Below, in pieces: positions 1 through 9,784 of a DNA stretch of 32,074 nucleotides. Position numbers and translations under genes: made by a program. Each line of letters opens with the position of its first letter. The stretch's first letter is position 1. The stretch spans positions 1 through 32,074 of the forward strand of contig DASXSA010000073.1 in assembly GCA_036506235.1 (NCBI GenBank), in the 5' to 3' direction. The stretch comes from Candidatus Limnocylindrales bacterium. GTDB lineage: Bacteria > Chloroflexota > Limnocylindria > Limnocylindrales > CSP1-4. Under the pieces are notes generated by a model that had not been told where the DNA came from, made no database searches, and saw only the letters and a program-made list of their open reading frames with translations.

Positions 1-1868
1 TGCGGCTCTATGCCGGCGGCTCGCTGCTGGCCACGCGGCTGCTCCTCGCGGAAACCACGCCCGGGCTCGACCCGTTCGATCCGGCGGCGCTCCTGGTGGT
101 TGCCTCGAGCGCCGTCGCCGGCCATCGCGCACCGGCCCTGCCGCGCTTCGCGGTCGCGGGCAAGTCACCCCTCACCGGTGGAATCGGCGAGGCCCGCGCG
201 GAGGGCCCATTTGGGGTTGCCCTCAAGGAGGCCGGTTTTACCGCGATCGTTGCGTCCGGTCGCGCGGAGGAGCCGGTGGTCCTGACCCTCGTCGAAGGGA
301 AGCCCGCCCTCGTTCCCGCCCGCGACCTGTGGGGACTCGACACATCGGAGGTCGTCGAGGCGCTCGAGGCGCGCCTGGGGCGCGGCTGCCACGTCGCCGC
401 GATCGGGCCGGCCGGCGAGAGCCTCGTCCGCTACGCCAGCGTCATCTCCGATCGCTCCTTTGCCGCCGCCCGGATGGGCCTGGGCGCCGTGATGGGCAGC
501 AAGCACCTGAAAGCGATCGCGATCGCGGGGAGGCAAGGTCCCACCGATGGGACCAATGGCGTCGCCGATCGCGACCGGCTGCAGCGCCTGACCGCGCGTT
601 ACCGGGACCAGGTTGAGGTCAACCCCGTCACACGATGGCAGCGGCGGCCCCCGGGGTTTGGGGCGTGGATCGGCGGCGCGAGCCCGGGGACGTACGCCGT
701 CGAGAACTTTCGGACCGCCCGTTCGGGCGCAGCGCGCGCCTGGTCGAGCGACGAATTCCTGCGGCTCATGGCGTGGGGCAGCGACGGCTGCCCGGGCTGC
801 CTGAGCGACTGCATCAAGGGCTTCGCCCCGAGCACCGATGACGAGGTCCGCGCCCGCGTGATGGATCGGCGGGAGGGCGGCCTGCACCAGGAAGCCGTCG
901 TCGCTCTGGGCTCCAACCTCGGCCTCGTGGGGCTCGCCGATGTCCTTGCCCTGAACGACCGGTGCCTTCGACTCGGCCTCGATCCGGTGTCGCTCGGCTT
1001 CACGCTGAGCTTCGTGATGGAGTGCCGCGAACACGATCTCGTGACCGCCGCGGACCTTGGCGGGCTCGACCTGCGCTTCGGCGCGCGTGCAGAAGTCGGC
1101 GTGCTCATCGAGGAGATCGCCTCGCGCTCGGGGCCGGGCGAATGGCTTGCCGAGGGCGCCGCTCGCGCCGTCCAGCATGTCGGCCCGCGAAGCGAACCCT
1201 TTGCCCTCACCGCCAAGGGCCTGGAGATGACGGCCTTCGATCCGCGCGCGCAGGCGGGGCTCGCCCTTGGCTTCGCGACCGCCCCATTCGGTCCGCGTTA
1301 CGACGTCGCCGAGCACGACGCCGACTACGACGACACCCGTCCGTCCTGGCCGCACAGCCTGGAGCTGTCGCGAACACTCGGGATCCACGAGCTGCTGCCG
1401 GCGACCGCCCAGACCGCCGAGAAGACGCGCATGTTCGCAGCGCTCGCGCAGTTCTGGAGCGCCCTGGACGCGCTGCTCGTCTGCCCGTATGCCAGCGCGC
1501 CGGTCCGGATTCTCTCGCTCGACGACGTCGCCGAGCTGGTCGGCGCGGTGACAGGCTGGGAGACGAGCGGCCACGAAGTGATGGAGTGGGGCGCGCGGAG
1601 GCTGCAGCTGATGCGCATCTACAACCTGCGCGAGGGCCTGACCGCGGCCGACGACCGCCTCCCGGGCCGCTTCTTCGACGAGCCGATCGACGCCGGCCCG
1701 CTGGCGGGCACGAGGCTTGACCGCGAAGCGTTCGGGGCGATGATCACGACGTACTACGAACTGATGGGCTGGGATCCGGCTGGTGTCCCGACGCCGGCAA
1801 CCCGCCTCGCGCACCATCTCGAGTGGACGCTCGCGCCTCCGGCCCATGGGGAGACGGAGTCGAGATGA
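1..1868 (+). CDS. Aldehyde:ferredoxin oxidoreductase (AOR family, tungsto/molybdopterin + 4Fe-4S), 5' partial
   Basis: The frame-3 ORF is open from the window edge (RLYAGGSLLATRLLLAETTPGLDPFDP...), so the gene starts upstream. N-terminal AOR fold string AGKSPLTGGIGEARAEGPFG. 4Fe-4S motif CxxCxxxC = CPGCLSDC, plus a distal Cys in LLVCPYAS. Pterin-binding motifs NDRCLRLGLDPVSLG and ALDALLVCP. Confidence 0.9.
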   Translation, partial: RLYAGGSLLATRLLLAETTPGLDPFDPAALLVVASSAVAGHRAPALPRFAVAGKSPLTGGIGEARAEGPFGVALKEAGFTAIVASGRAEEPVVLTLVEGKPALVPARDLWGLDTSEVVEALEARLGRGCHVAAIGPAGESLVRYASVISDRSFAAARMGLGAVMGSKHLKAIAIAGRQGPTDGTNGVADRDRLQRLTARYRDQVEVNPVTRWQRRPPGFGAWIGGASPGTYAVENFRTARSGAARAWSSDEFLRLMAWGSDGCPGCLSDCIKGFAPSTDDEVRARVMDRREGGLHQEAVVALGSNLGLVGLADVLALNDRCLRLGLDPVSLGFTLSFVMECREHDLVTAADLGGLDLRFGARAEVGVLIEEIASRSGPGEWLAEGAARAVQHVGPRSEPFALTAKGLEMTAFDPRAQAGLALGFATAPFGPRYDVAEHDADYDDTRPSWPHSLELSRTLGIHELLPATAQTAEKTRMFAALAQFWSALDALLVCPYASAPVRILSLDDVAELVGAVTGWETSGHEVMEWGARRLQLMRIYNLREGLTAADDRLPGRFFDEPIDAGPLAGTRLDREAFGAMITTYYELMGWDPAGVPTPATRLAHHLEWTLAPPAHGETESR

Positions 1869-1880
1869 CCGGAGGGACCC

Positions 1881-2978
1881 GTGGCCTCTGACGACGTGGC
1901 CTTCGACGCACAGGAGCGCGTTCCTCTCGGCCGGACGAACGTGGCGGTCACACGGCTGGGATTCGGCACCGCGGAGATCGGCGGGCTGTATCGCGCCGTT
2001 CCCGACAAGGACGCCGAGGAGGTGCTGGAGCACGCCTGGTCGACCGGCGTCCGCTACTTCGACACAGCACCGCTATACGGCTACGGCAACGCGGAGCGCC
2101 GACTCGGCGCGATGCTGCACGACAAGCGGCGCGACGACTTCGTCGTCTCGACGAAGGTCGGCCGGCTGCTCCTGCCCGTCGGCGACATCCCGGCCGGCGC
2201 CGACGTGGACCGCCAGGAGCGAGACGGCGTCGAGGATGCCTTCTACGAGGGCACGCCGCCCGTCCGGCCGGTCTTCGACTACAGCTACGACGGCGTGCTG
2301 CGTTCCGTGGAGGAGAGCCTGGGCCGGCTGGGCCTCGATCGCGTCGACATCCTGTACATCCACGATCCCGACGACCACTGGGAGGCGGCGATCTCCGGCG
2401 CGTACCCGGCGCTCCGCAGGCTCCGCGATGAGGGCGTGGTTCGCGCGATCGGCGCGGGGATGAATCAGTGGGAGATGCTCACCCGGTTCGCGCGTGAAGG
2501 CGACTTCGACGCCTTCATGGTGGCCGGGCGGTACACGCTGCTCGACCACGGTGCGCTCGCGGAGCTGGTGCCGGTCTGCCGCGAGAAGGGCATCGCCATG
2601 GTCGCCGTCGGCGTGATGAACAGCGGGATCCTTGCCAACCCGCGGCCGGGCGCGACGTTCAACTACGCGCCGGCCCCCGACCACGTCATCCAGCGTGCCC
2701 AGCGGATCGCGGCGGTGTGCGACCGGCACGGAGTTCCGATTCGCGCGGCAGCCATCCAGTTCCCGCTCGCGCAGCCCGTCGTGGCGTCGCTGGCCACGGG
2801 CGTGCGGACCGTGGAGCATTTCGATGACTACCCGCGCTACATGGCCGTGACGATCCCGGGCGACTTCTGGGAGGACCTGCGGGCCGAGGGCCTGATCGAT
2901 CCAGGGGCACCGGTGCCACCCGCTCCTGGCGGCGAGAGATCCGAGTCGTCAAGCGCGGACGGCACGGCCGGCCGGTGA
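1881..2978 (+). CDS. Aldo/keto reductase, D-threo-aldose (L-fucose/D-arabinose) 1-dehydrogenase-like
   Basis: GTG start 4 nt after a GGAGGGA RBS. AKR signature LGFGTAEIGGLY...YFDTAPLYGYGNAERRLG. Ends in a GTGA overlap with the next gene. Low-complexity C-terminal tail. Confidence 0.85.
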   Translation: MASDDVAFDAQERVPLGRTNVAVTRLGFGTAEIGGLYRAVPDKDAEEVLEHAWSTGVRYFDTAPLYGYGNAERRLGAMLHDKRRDDFVVSTKVGRLLLPVGDIPAGADVDRQERDGVEDAFYEGTPPVRPVFDYSYDGVLRSVEESLGRLGLDRVDILYIHDPDDHWEAAISGAYPALRRLRDEGVVRAIGAGMNQWEMLTRFAREGDFDAFMVAGRYTLLDHGALAELVPVCREKGIAMVAVGVMNSGILANPRPGATFNYAPAPDHVIQRAQRIAAVCDRHGVPIRAAAIQFPLAQPVVASLATGVRTVEHFDDYPRYMAVTIPGDFWEDLRAEGLIDPGAPVPPAPGGERSESSSADGTAGR

Positions 2979-3823
2979 CGACCGTCGACAGCCACCACCA
3001 CTTCTGGGACCCGGCGCGGGCCGACTACCCCTGGATGACCGACGAGCTCGCGCCGATCCGCCGAGCCTACGGCCCCGACGACCTCCGGCCGCTGCTGGCT
3101 GCCGCGGGCATCGATCGGTCGATCCTCGTCCAGACGCGCTCGAGCACCGAGGAGACCGCCGAGTTCCTGGCGATCACCGCCTCCGAGCCTTTCGTGGCCG
3201 GGGTGGTGGGCTGGCTCGACCTGACGGGCCCCGATCCGGCCGAGGAAATCGCAGCCCTGCGAGCCCTCCCCGGTGGCCACCGGCTGGCCGGCATCCGGCA
3301 CCAGGTCCACGACGAACCGGACCCCGAGTGGCTCGCGAGGAGCGACGTCCGCCACGGCATCAGGGCGGTGACCGATGCCGGACTCGTCTACGACCTCCTG
3401 GTGCGGTCGCGCGAGTTGCCGGCAGCCCTCGACGTGGCACGCTCCGTACCCGACGGCCGCTTCGTGGTCGACCACATCGCCAAGCCTGCGATCGCGTCCG
3501 GCGAGATCGAGCCATGGGCCAGCCTGCTGCGGCCGTTCAGAGAGCTCGAGAACGTCGCCTGCAAGATCTCGGGGATGGTCACGGAAGCGAATTGGGCTTC
3601 GTGGCAGACCCGCGACCTGCGGCCCTACGTCGACGTCGTGCTGGAGACGTTCGGCCCTCGGCGCGTCCTGTTCGGATCAGACTGGCCGGTCTGCCTCCTC
3701 GCCGCGAGCTACGAGCGGGTCGTCGCGACCGCCCGTGAGCTGCTGGAGGCGCTGTCGGAATCGGAGCGCGATGCCGCGTTCGGCGGGAACGCGATCGAGG
3801 TCTACCGCCTCGCCGCACCCTGA
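2975..3823 (+). CDS. Amidohydrolase-2 family lactonase (L-fucono-1,5-lactonase-like)
   Basis: N-terminal [18 protein letters not shown] is typical of the amidohydrolase_2 sugar-lactonase group. C-terminal FGSDWPV. Start is translationally coupled (GTGA) to the AKR. Confidence 0.8.
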   Translation: MTTVDSHHHFWDPARADYPWMTDELAPIRRAYGPDDLRPLLAAAGIDRSILVQTRSSTEETAEFLAITASEPFVAGVVGWLDLTGPDPAEEIAALRALPGGHRLAGIRHQVHDEPDPEWLARSDVRHGIRAVTDAGLVYDLLVRSRELPAALDVARSVPDGRFVVDHIAKPAIASGEIEPWASLLRPFRELENVACKISGMVTEANWASWQTRDLRPYVDVVLETFGPRRVLFGSDWPVCLLAASYERVVATARELLEALSESERDAAFGGNAIEVYRLAAP

Positions 3824-4719
3824 GCTGGAGCGGCGGCCGCGCCGCGGGACCGCTGTCCATGCGAACCGCCCACGGTCACGACCGGGTTCTCGAGCACCCC
3901 CAGTGGACCTCCCTCGATGCGGACCACGTCCCCATCCAGGAGGCTGAACGGCGCCGCAGGCACGATCCCGGTTCCCGTGAGCAGGATCGCGCCGCTTGGC
4001 AGCTCGAGCGCGCGCCCCACGAAACCCACGAGCTCGATCAGCGGCCGGCGGATCCGCGCGGTGCTCGTGGTCTCGTCGACGATGACCTCGCCGTCGCGGA
4101 CGATCACCAACCGAAGCGTGAACGGCGGGCGGGTGGCATCGGCCGGAACCAGGGCCGGGCCCAGGGCGCACGATCCGTCGTACACCTTGGCCTGCGGCAG
4201 GTAGAGCGGGTTCTCGCCCTCGATGGTCCGGCTGGAGACGTCGTTGCCGATCGTGTAGCCCGCGATCTCCAGATCGGAGGTGACCACCAGTGCCAGCTCC
4301 GGCTCCGGGACATCCCAGTCCGAGTCCGCGCGGACGCCAACGCTCTCGCCGGGCCCCCGCACGCGCCAGCCCGGCGCCTTGAAGAAGAGCTCGGGTCGCT
4401 CGGCGTCGTAGACGTGGTCGTACACGGACGCTTCGGTGGACTCCTCCATGCGGGCGTCGCGCGAGCGCTCGTAGGTCACGCCCGCCGCCCACACCTCCTG
4501 CGCGTCGACGGGCGCGAGCACGCGCGCGCCGGTCGGGATCGATGTGATGGGGCCCCCAGCCCCCTCAACCGCGGCCGCGAGTCCGCCGACCCCCTCACGC
4601 AGGATGGCCTCGATCGTGAGGCCGGGAGCCAGGAGCCGCCGCGGGCCCCGTTCGACGCTTCCGCTCGCAAGGCGGATCTCTCCATGAGGGAGCTCGAGCC
4701 GGAACAGGCCCGGCGTCAC
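3802..4719 (-). CDS. Fumarylacetoacetate-hydrolase (FAH) family enzyme: KdaD-like 2-keto-3-deoxy-acid dehydratase or 2,4-diketo-3-deoxy-L-fuconate hydrolase
   Basis: FAH C-terminal domain strings [37 protein letters not shown] (ExE metal ligands) and [38 protein letters not shown] start 7 nt after the IclR stop. 3' end converges on and overlaps the lactonase by 22 nt. Confidence 0.8.
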   Translation of the reverse strand: MTPGLFRLELPHGEIRLASGSVERGPRRLLAPGLTIEAILREGVGGLAAAVEGAGGPITSIPTGARVLAPVDAQEVWAAGVTYERSRDARMEESTEASVYDHVYDAERPELFFKAPGWRVRGPGESVGVRADSDWDVPEPELALVVTSDLEIAGYTIGNDVSSRTIEGENPLYLPQAKVYDGSCALGPALVPADATRPPFTLRLVIVRDGEVIVDETTSTARIRRPLIELVGFVGRALELPSGAILLTGTGIVPAAPFSLLDGDVVRIEGGPLGVLENPVVTVGGSHGQRSRGAAAAPAQGAARR

Positions 4720-4726
4720 GGGGCGA

Positions 4727-5569
4727 TCATGGGTTTCGGCCGTCGCCGCCGCGATGAGCGAGCAGCGGGTTGGCCAGCAGCCGCGCGAGGCGCGTGAGGT
4801 CGGCCGCCAGGGCCTCCCGGCGTGCGGTGTCGGCGCGCGCTTTGAGGAGCGTCACGCTGACACCGTACGGTCCCTCGCCCGGGCGGCGCCGCGGAATCGC
4901 AACGCCCAGGCAGACGATGCCCTCGGCGGTCTCCTCCTCGTCGACCGCGTAGCCCCGCCGGCGGACCTCGTCGAGGTCGTCGAGGAGTTCGGAGACGCGG
5001 CGATGCGAGTTGGGCGTCAGCATCGGCAGGGCCTCGACGCCGCGCAGCCGGTCCGCCAGGTCGTCCTGGTCGAGGGAGGCGAGGGTCGCTTTTCCGAGCG
5101 CGGTGCACGATGCGGGCAGGCGGCGGCCGATCTCCGAGGCCAGGCGAATCGGCTGGCGGCCGTCGTGCCGGGCGACGTATGTCACCTCGAGGCCGTCGAG
5201 CAACGCCATCTGGGTCGTCTCCTCGGAGGCGACGGGCAGCTGATCGGCGAGCTCGTAGAACTCCTGGATCTGGTCGACCGCGGCGAGGTAGGCGCCGCCG
5301 AGCTCTGCCAGGCGACGGCCGAGCCGGAAGCCGGAGCCGGATCGCCGAGCGAGTCCGGCTTCGACGAGCGCGCCGCAGATGTTGGCGACCGACGACTTCG
5401 GCAGGCCAAGGCCGCGGGCGAGGTCGCTGAGGGCTGTGTCGGAAGCGGGCCGCTCCGCGAGCAGGTCGAGGATGGCGGCAGCGCGCGTCACCGCGGGAGC
5501 GAGCGACCCTCCGCGGACGTCCGACTCGAGGTCGGCTGGTTCGTTGACAGTGCTTGACGCGCTTCGCAT
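4727..5569 (-). CDS. IclR-family transcriptional regulator
   Basis: N-terminal w[43 protein letters not shown] followed by an IclR effector domain (...[20 protein letters not shown]). Divergent from the fuconate dehydratase gene. Confidence 0.9.
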   Translation of the reverse strand: MRSASSTVNEPADLESDVRGGSLAPAVTRAAAILDLLAERPASDTALSDLARGLGLPKSSVANICGALVEAGLARRSGSGFRLGRRLAELGGAYLAAVDQIQEFYELADQLPVASEETTQMALLDGLEVTYVARHDGRQPIRLASEIGRRLPASCTALGKATLASLDQDDLADRLRGVEALPMLTPNSHRRVSELLDDLDEVRRRGYAVDEEETAEGIVCLGVAIPRRRPGEGPYGVSVTLLKARADTARREALAADLTRLARLLANPLLAHRGGDGRNP

Positions 5570-5609
5570 ACTGTTCAGCCTACCGGGTATCGTCCAGCAT
5601 TCTGTACGT

Positions 5610-5623
5610 TCTGTCTAGACAGA
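5610..5623. promoter_or_regulatory. Perfect 14-bp palindrome TCTGTCTAGACAGA in the iclR/fucD divergent intergenic region (candidate IclR operator)
   Basis: Read directly from the sequence. Preceded by the half-site-like direct repeat TTCTGTACG (5600-5608). Lies 17 nt upstream of the fucD ATG in a 70-nt AT-enriched gap. Confidence 0.35.
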
Positions 5624-5639
5624 GGAACGGCACATTCTC

Positions 5640-6968
5640 ATGGCCCCCCGGCTCGCCTCGCTCGACGTGTACGACGTCCGCTTCCCGACGTCACGTTTCC
5701 TCGATGGCTCGGACGCCGTGAACGTCGATCCCGATTACTCGGCCGCGTACGTGATCCTGGCGACCGACGACGGCTCCTGGCCTGTCGGCCACGGCCTCAC
5801 CTTCACCACCGGGCGGGGCACCGAGATCGTCGTCGCCGCCGTGGAGGCCCTCCGGCCCGTCGTCCTCGGGCGGCCGGCGGCGGAGGTCTTCGGGGACATC
5901 GGGGCCTTCTGGCGCGATCTCGTCGACGACAGCCAGCTGCGCTGGATCGGTCCCCAGAAGGGCGCCATCCACCTGGCGACGGCGGCGGTCGTCAATGCGG
6001 TCTGGGACCTGTGGGCCAAGCGCGAGGGCAAGCCACTCTGGAAGCTGTTGGCGGACCTTCCGTCCGAGGAGATCGTCAGGGCGATCGACTTCCGCTACCT
6101 GACGGACGCGCTCACTCCCGAGCGAGCGCTCGAGTACCTGCGCGCGCTCGAGGGCACGCGCGCACAGCGTGAGGGGGAGATCATCCGCGACGGGTATCCC
6201 GCCTACACGACGTCGGTCGGCTGGCTCGGGTACAGCGACGACAAGATCCGCCGCCTGTCGGCCGAGGCGCTGGCCGCGGGCTGGACCCGCTTCAAGATGA
6301 AGGTCGGGGGGAACCTGGCCGACGACATCCGCCGGGCAGGCATCGTCCGCGAGGCGATCGGGCCGGACAACCTGCTGATGATGGATGCCAACCAGCGCTG
6401 GGACGTCGAGACGGCGATCAGCTGGATGGAGCCACTCGCCCGGTTCGACCCGTACTGGATCGAGGAGCCGACGAGCCCGGACGACATCCTCGGGCATGCC
6501 GCGATCGCCGGCGCGGTCCACCCCATCCGGGTCGCCACCGGGGAGCATGTGCAGAACCGGGTGATGTTCAAGCAGTTCCTGGCCGCCGGAGGCATGGACG
6601 TCTGCCAGGTGGATGCGTGTCGGCTCGGCGGGGTGAACGAGGTGCTGGCCGTGCTCCTGCTGGCGCGCCGCTTCGGGATCCCGGTGTGCCCGCATGCGGG
6701 AGGTGTGGGACTGTGCGAGCTCGTTCAGCACATCTCGATCTTCGACTACATCTCGGTCAGCGGCGACCTGACCGGCCGGATGATCGAATATGTCGATCAT
6801 CTCCACGAGCACTTCGTGGATCCCGTGGTCGTGATGGATGGTCGCTATCGGGCACCAATGGCGCCGGGCTACAGCGCCGAAATGAAGCCGGACAGCCTGC
6901 GCCGCCACACCTTCGCCACCGGCGAGGTGTGGCGGAATGCGGCGGTCGCAACTCCCGTGGGGGGATGA
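5640..6968 (+). CDS. fucD: L-fuconate dehydratase (enolase superfamily, mandelate racemase subgroup)
   Basis: N-terminus DVYDVRFPTSRFLDGSDAVNVDPDYSAAYVIL matches the characteristic FucD N-terminus. KxK motif FKMKVGG. Metal ligands MMDANQRW / WIEEP / ATGEH. Catalytic His in CPHAGG. Confidence 0.85.
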   Translation: MAPRLASLDVYDVRFPTSRFLDGSDAVNVDPDYSAAYVILATDDGSWPVGHGLTFTTGRGTEIVVAAVEALRPVVLGRPAAEVFGDIGAFWRDLVDDSQLRWIGPQKGAIHLATAAVVNAVWDLWAKREGKPLWKLLADLPSEEIVRAIDFRYLTDALTPERALEYLRALEGTRAQREGEIIRDGYPAYTTSVGWLGYSDDKIRRLSAEALAAGWTRFKMKVGGNLADDIRRAGIVREAIGPDNLLMMDANQRWDVETAISWMEPLARFDPYWIEEPTSPDDILGHAAIAGAVHPIRVATGEHVQNRVMFKQFLAAGGMDVCQVDACRLGGVNEVLAVLLLARRFGIPVCPHAGGVGLCELVQHISIFDYISVSGDLTGRMIEYVDHLHEHFVDPVVVMDGRYRAPMAPGYSAEMKPDSLRRHTFATGEVWRNAAVATPVGG

Positions 6969-7031
6969 GCTTGGTGATGCTGCGAGCCCGGCCGTCCGAT
7001 GCCGGGCCGCGTCACGGATGGAGGAGGACAC

Positions 7032-8600
7032 ATGGCGAAAGGTAGATCCCTGAAGGGCGGCGGCCTGCTCGCGAGCGTCATGCTCGTGGCGGTGGCGTGC
7101 ACCTCCGCTGCGTCGCCGTCACCCAGCCCCGCGGCCAGCACAGCAGCGAGCCCGTCCGCCGCGGCGTCGGCGTCGGCCGCCGCATCCGGCCAGAACTTCT
7201 CGGGGGTTACGGTCAATGTACTCACGTTTACCGGTCCCCAGATCGCGGAACCATTGCAGCGTCGCGCGCCAGACTTCGCGAAGCTGACGGGCGCCGACAT
7301 CAAGGTCGTGACCGTGCCGTTCAACGAGCTGTACCAGAAGATCCTCACCGATATCGCGACCGGCACGAACGCCTACCAGGCCTTTGTGTTCGACCCCCAG
7401 TGGATGGGTGACTTCGTCACGCCGGGTTATCTCGAGGACCTCACCGACCGCGTGAAGAGCGACCCGGTCCTGAAGTGGGACGACATCGGCGCGTTCTTCC
7501 GCGACTTCAGCGCGACGTACCAGGGCAAGGTCTACACGATCCCCCTGGACGGCGACTTCCACATGGTCTACTACCGCAAGGACATCCTGGACAAGGACGG
7601 CGTCAAGCCGCCCGCGACCTGGGACGACTACCTCGCGGTCGCGAAGCAGTACAGCGGCAAGGACCTCAACGGCGACGGGCAGCCTGACTACGGTTCGTGC
7701 ATCTCCAAGAAACGCGGAGCCCAGGCGTATTGGTGGATCACCTCGATCGCCGGACCCTACATCCAGGCGAAGGGCACGAACGAGGGCGCATTCTTCACGA
7801 CGGACAGCAGCATGACCCCGCTCGTGAAGAACGAGGCCTTCGCGCGGGCCCTCGACATCTACAAGGAATCCACCAAGTACGGCCCACCGAACGAGCCGAA
7901 CCTCGACGTCGGCGACACGCGCGGACTGTTCACCTCCGGGCGATGCGCCCTGTCAATGGACTGGGGCGACATCGGGACACTGGCGATCGATCCGGCGACG
8001 TCCAAGGTGCAGGACAAAGTCGGCTCGATCATCACGCCGGGGGCGAAGCAGATCCTCGACCGGTCAACGATGAAGCTGGTTCCCTGCGACCAGACGACCT
8101 GCCCGAACATGGGCAGCGACGGTGTGAACCACGCGCCGTTTGCCGCTTATGGCGGTTGGTCGGGAGCCATCAATGCCAAGGCGGACCAGAAGGTCAAGGA
8201 CGCGGCATACGCGTTCCTCGCCTACATGAGCGCGCCCGAGCAGTCGAACCTCGACGTGACGATCGGCAAGACGGGCTTCAACCCGTACCGGACGTCGCAG
8301 TTCTCGAGCACTGCAGAGTGGGTCAAGGCGGGCATGAGCGAGGCAGCCGCAAAGGACTATCTTGGAGCCATCGAGACCAGCCTCAAGAGCCCGAACATGA
8401 TCCTCGACCTTCGCATCCCCAAGACCCAGGAATACCAGCAGGTCGATCTGGACAAGGCGCTCGCCCAGTTCCTGGCCGGTGAGCTGAGCCGGGACGAGAC
8501 GATGAGCCAGGTCTTCGACGCGTGGCAATCCCTCACGGACAGTCTCGGCCGTGACAAGCAGCTGGAGGCGTACAAGAACAGTCTTGGCGTCCAGCGATAG
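7032..8600 (+). CDS. ABC transporter substrate-binding lipoprotein (CUT1 / solute-binding family 1, carbohydrate)
   Basis: ATG at 7032 follows GGAGGAGGA. The track's 6999 start is less likely. Signal peptide plus lipobox (LLASVMLVAVAC), then an Ala/Ser/Pro linker. At 522 aa it is larger than typical CUT1 binding proteins. Confidence 0.85.
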   Translation: MAKGRSLKGGGLLASVMLVAVACTSAASPSPSPAASTAASPSAAASASAAASGQNFSGVTVNVLTFTGPQIAEPLQRRAPDFAKLTGADIKVVTVPFNELYQKILTDIATGTNAYQAFVFDPQWMGDFVTPGYLEDLTDRVKSDPVLKWDDIGAFFRDFSATYQGKVYTIPLDGDFHMVYYRKDILDKDGVKPPATWDDYLAVAKQYSGKDLNGDGQPDYGSCISKKRGAQAYWWITSIAGPYIQAKGTNEGAFFTTDSSMTPLVKNEAFARALDIYKESTKYGPPNEPNLDVGDTRGLFTSGRCALSMDWGDIGTLAIDPATSKVQDKVGSIITPGAKQILDRSTMKLVPCDQTTCPNMGSDGVNHAPFAAYGGWSGAINAKADQKVKDAAYAFLAYMSAPEQSNLDVTIGKTGFNPYRTSQFSSTAEWVKAGMSEAAAKDYLGAIETSLKSPNMILDLRIPKTQEYQQVDLDKALAQFLAGELSRDETMSQVFDAWQSLTDSLGRDKQLEAYKNSLGVQR

Positions 8601-9774
8601 CTCGATCCAGGTAGAGACCCGGGAATCGACCGAGCTCGGCTCGGGCCTCGACGCTCAGACGCGAGCGGCGCGCCTGCCCCTTCCCAGGGCATGGCGCGCC
8701 GCTCTCTCCGCCCGGAACGTTTTCGTGTGGCCGGCCCTCGCGGTCGTGCTCTTCCTGTCGATCTTCCCGCTCGTCGTCTCGCTCTATCTCTCGCTGTCGC
8801 GGCTGTCGTTCGCGAAGTCGGGCTTCGAGATCACGTTCATCGGGCCGGCGAACTACCAGACGCTCCTCTTCGGCGGCGAGCGAACCCACTTCGTCGGCGT
8901 GCTCAGGACGCCGTCGCCGATCGGCTGGGCGATCTTCGCGGTCGTCGTGGTCCTCGTCGGCTGGGCATTCACCCGCGCCGTTCGCGGTGGCGTCAGGCCT
9001 CTCGGCCTCCTGCTGCGCGCGATCGGCGGCCTGCTCCTCGTCGGGCTGATCTGGCTGTTCGTCCAGGCCGTCTTCGCCCCGGGCGGCCGGCCCGGCACCG
9101 TGTTCGTGACGCTCATCTACGTGTTCGTCGGGCTGACCATCCAGTACGTGCTGGGCCTGGGCCTCGCAATGCTGGCGACCCAGCGGCTTCCCGGGCGGCG
9201 ATTCTTCCGTGTCGTTTTCCTGCTGCCGATGATGATCACGCCGGTCGGCGTGGGCTACATGTTCCAGATGCTGACCGACACGTCCAAAGGCCCGTTCCTG
9301 CCCGTCTTCGCGGCGCTCGGGATGGAGGGCTTCACGTGGGTAACGGACCCCTGGGGAGCCCGGATCGCGGTGATGATCGGCGACATCTGGCAGTGGACGC
9401 CGTTCATGTTCATCGTCCTGCTGGCCGCCCTCGAAGGCCTGGACGTTGAGGTCACGGAGGCCGCCCAGGTCGACGGCGCCAGCCGCTCCCAGGTGTTCCG
9501 CTACATCACGTTCCCGGCGCTGCTGCCAGTCAGCACCACGATCGTGCTGATCCGGATGATCGAGGGCTTCAAGATCATCGACCTGCCCAACATCCTGACG
9601 AACGGAGGCCCCGGGACCGCGACCGAATCGATGACGCTCCAGGCGTTCATCGACTGGCGCACGTTCAACCTCGGGAGATCCGCGGCGACGGCCTACCTGC
9701 TGCTGATCCTCGTCACGATCGTGGCGACCGCCTATGTCAATCTCGTCCGGCGCCGGGTGACGACCACCGTATGA
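8551..9774 (+). CDS. Carbohydrate ABC transporter permease (MalF/UgpA-like)
   Basis: Multiple TM helices. EAA-type loop EAAQVDGASRSQVFRYITFPAL. The start is uncertain: GTG at 8551 overlaps the binding-protein gene by 50 nt, and I saw no convincing RBS. Confidence 0.8.
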   Translation: MTSSWRRTRTVLASSDSSIQVETRESTELGSGLDAQTRAARLPLPRAWRAALSARNVFVWPALAVVLFLSIFPLVVSLYLSLSRLSFAKSGFEITFIGPANYQTLLFGGERTHFVGVLRTPSPIGWAIFAVVVVLVGWAFTRAVRGGVRPLGLLLRAIGGLLLVGLIWLFVQAVFAPGGRPGTVFVTLIYVFVGLTIQYVLGLGLAMLATQRLPGRRFFRVVFLLPMMITPVGVGYMFQMLTDTSKGPFLPVFAALGMEGFTWVTDPWGARIAVMIGDIWQWTPFMFIVLLAALEGLDVEVTEAAQVDGASRSQVFRYITFPALLPVSTTIVLIRMIEGFKIIDLPNILTNGGPGTATESMTLQAFIDWRTFNLGRSAATAYLLLILVTIVATAYVNLVRRRVTTTV

Positions 9775-9784
9775 GCGACGAACG

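Noticed and set aside
165-2033. 622-aa minus-strand ORF antisense to the AOR gene.
   Set aside because: Arg/Pro/Ala/Gly-dominated composition with no recognisable motifs, typical of the open antisense frame of a high-GC gene. The plus-strand AOR has unambiguous family motifs.
5691-7031. 446-aa minus-strand ORF antisense to fucD.
   Set aside because: Same reason as above. The composition is off-frame in type, and the plus-strand protein matches the L-fuconate dehydratase hallmarks throughout.
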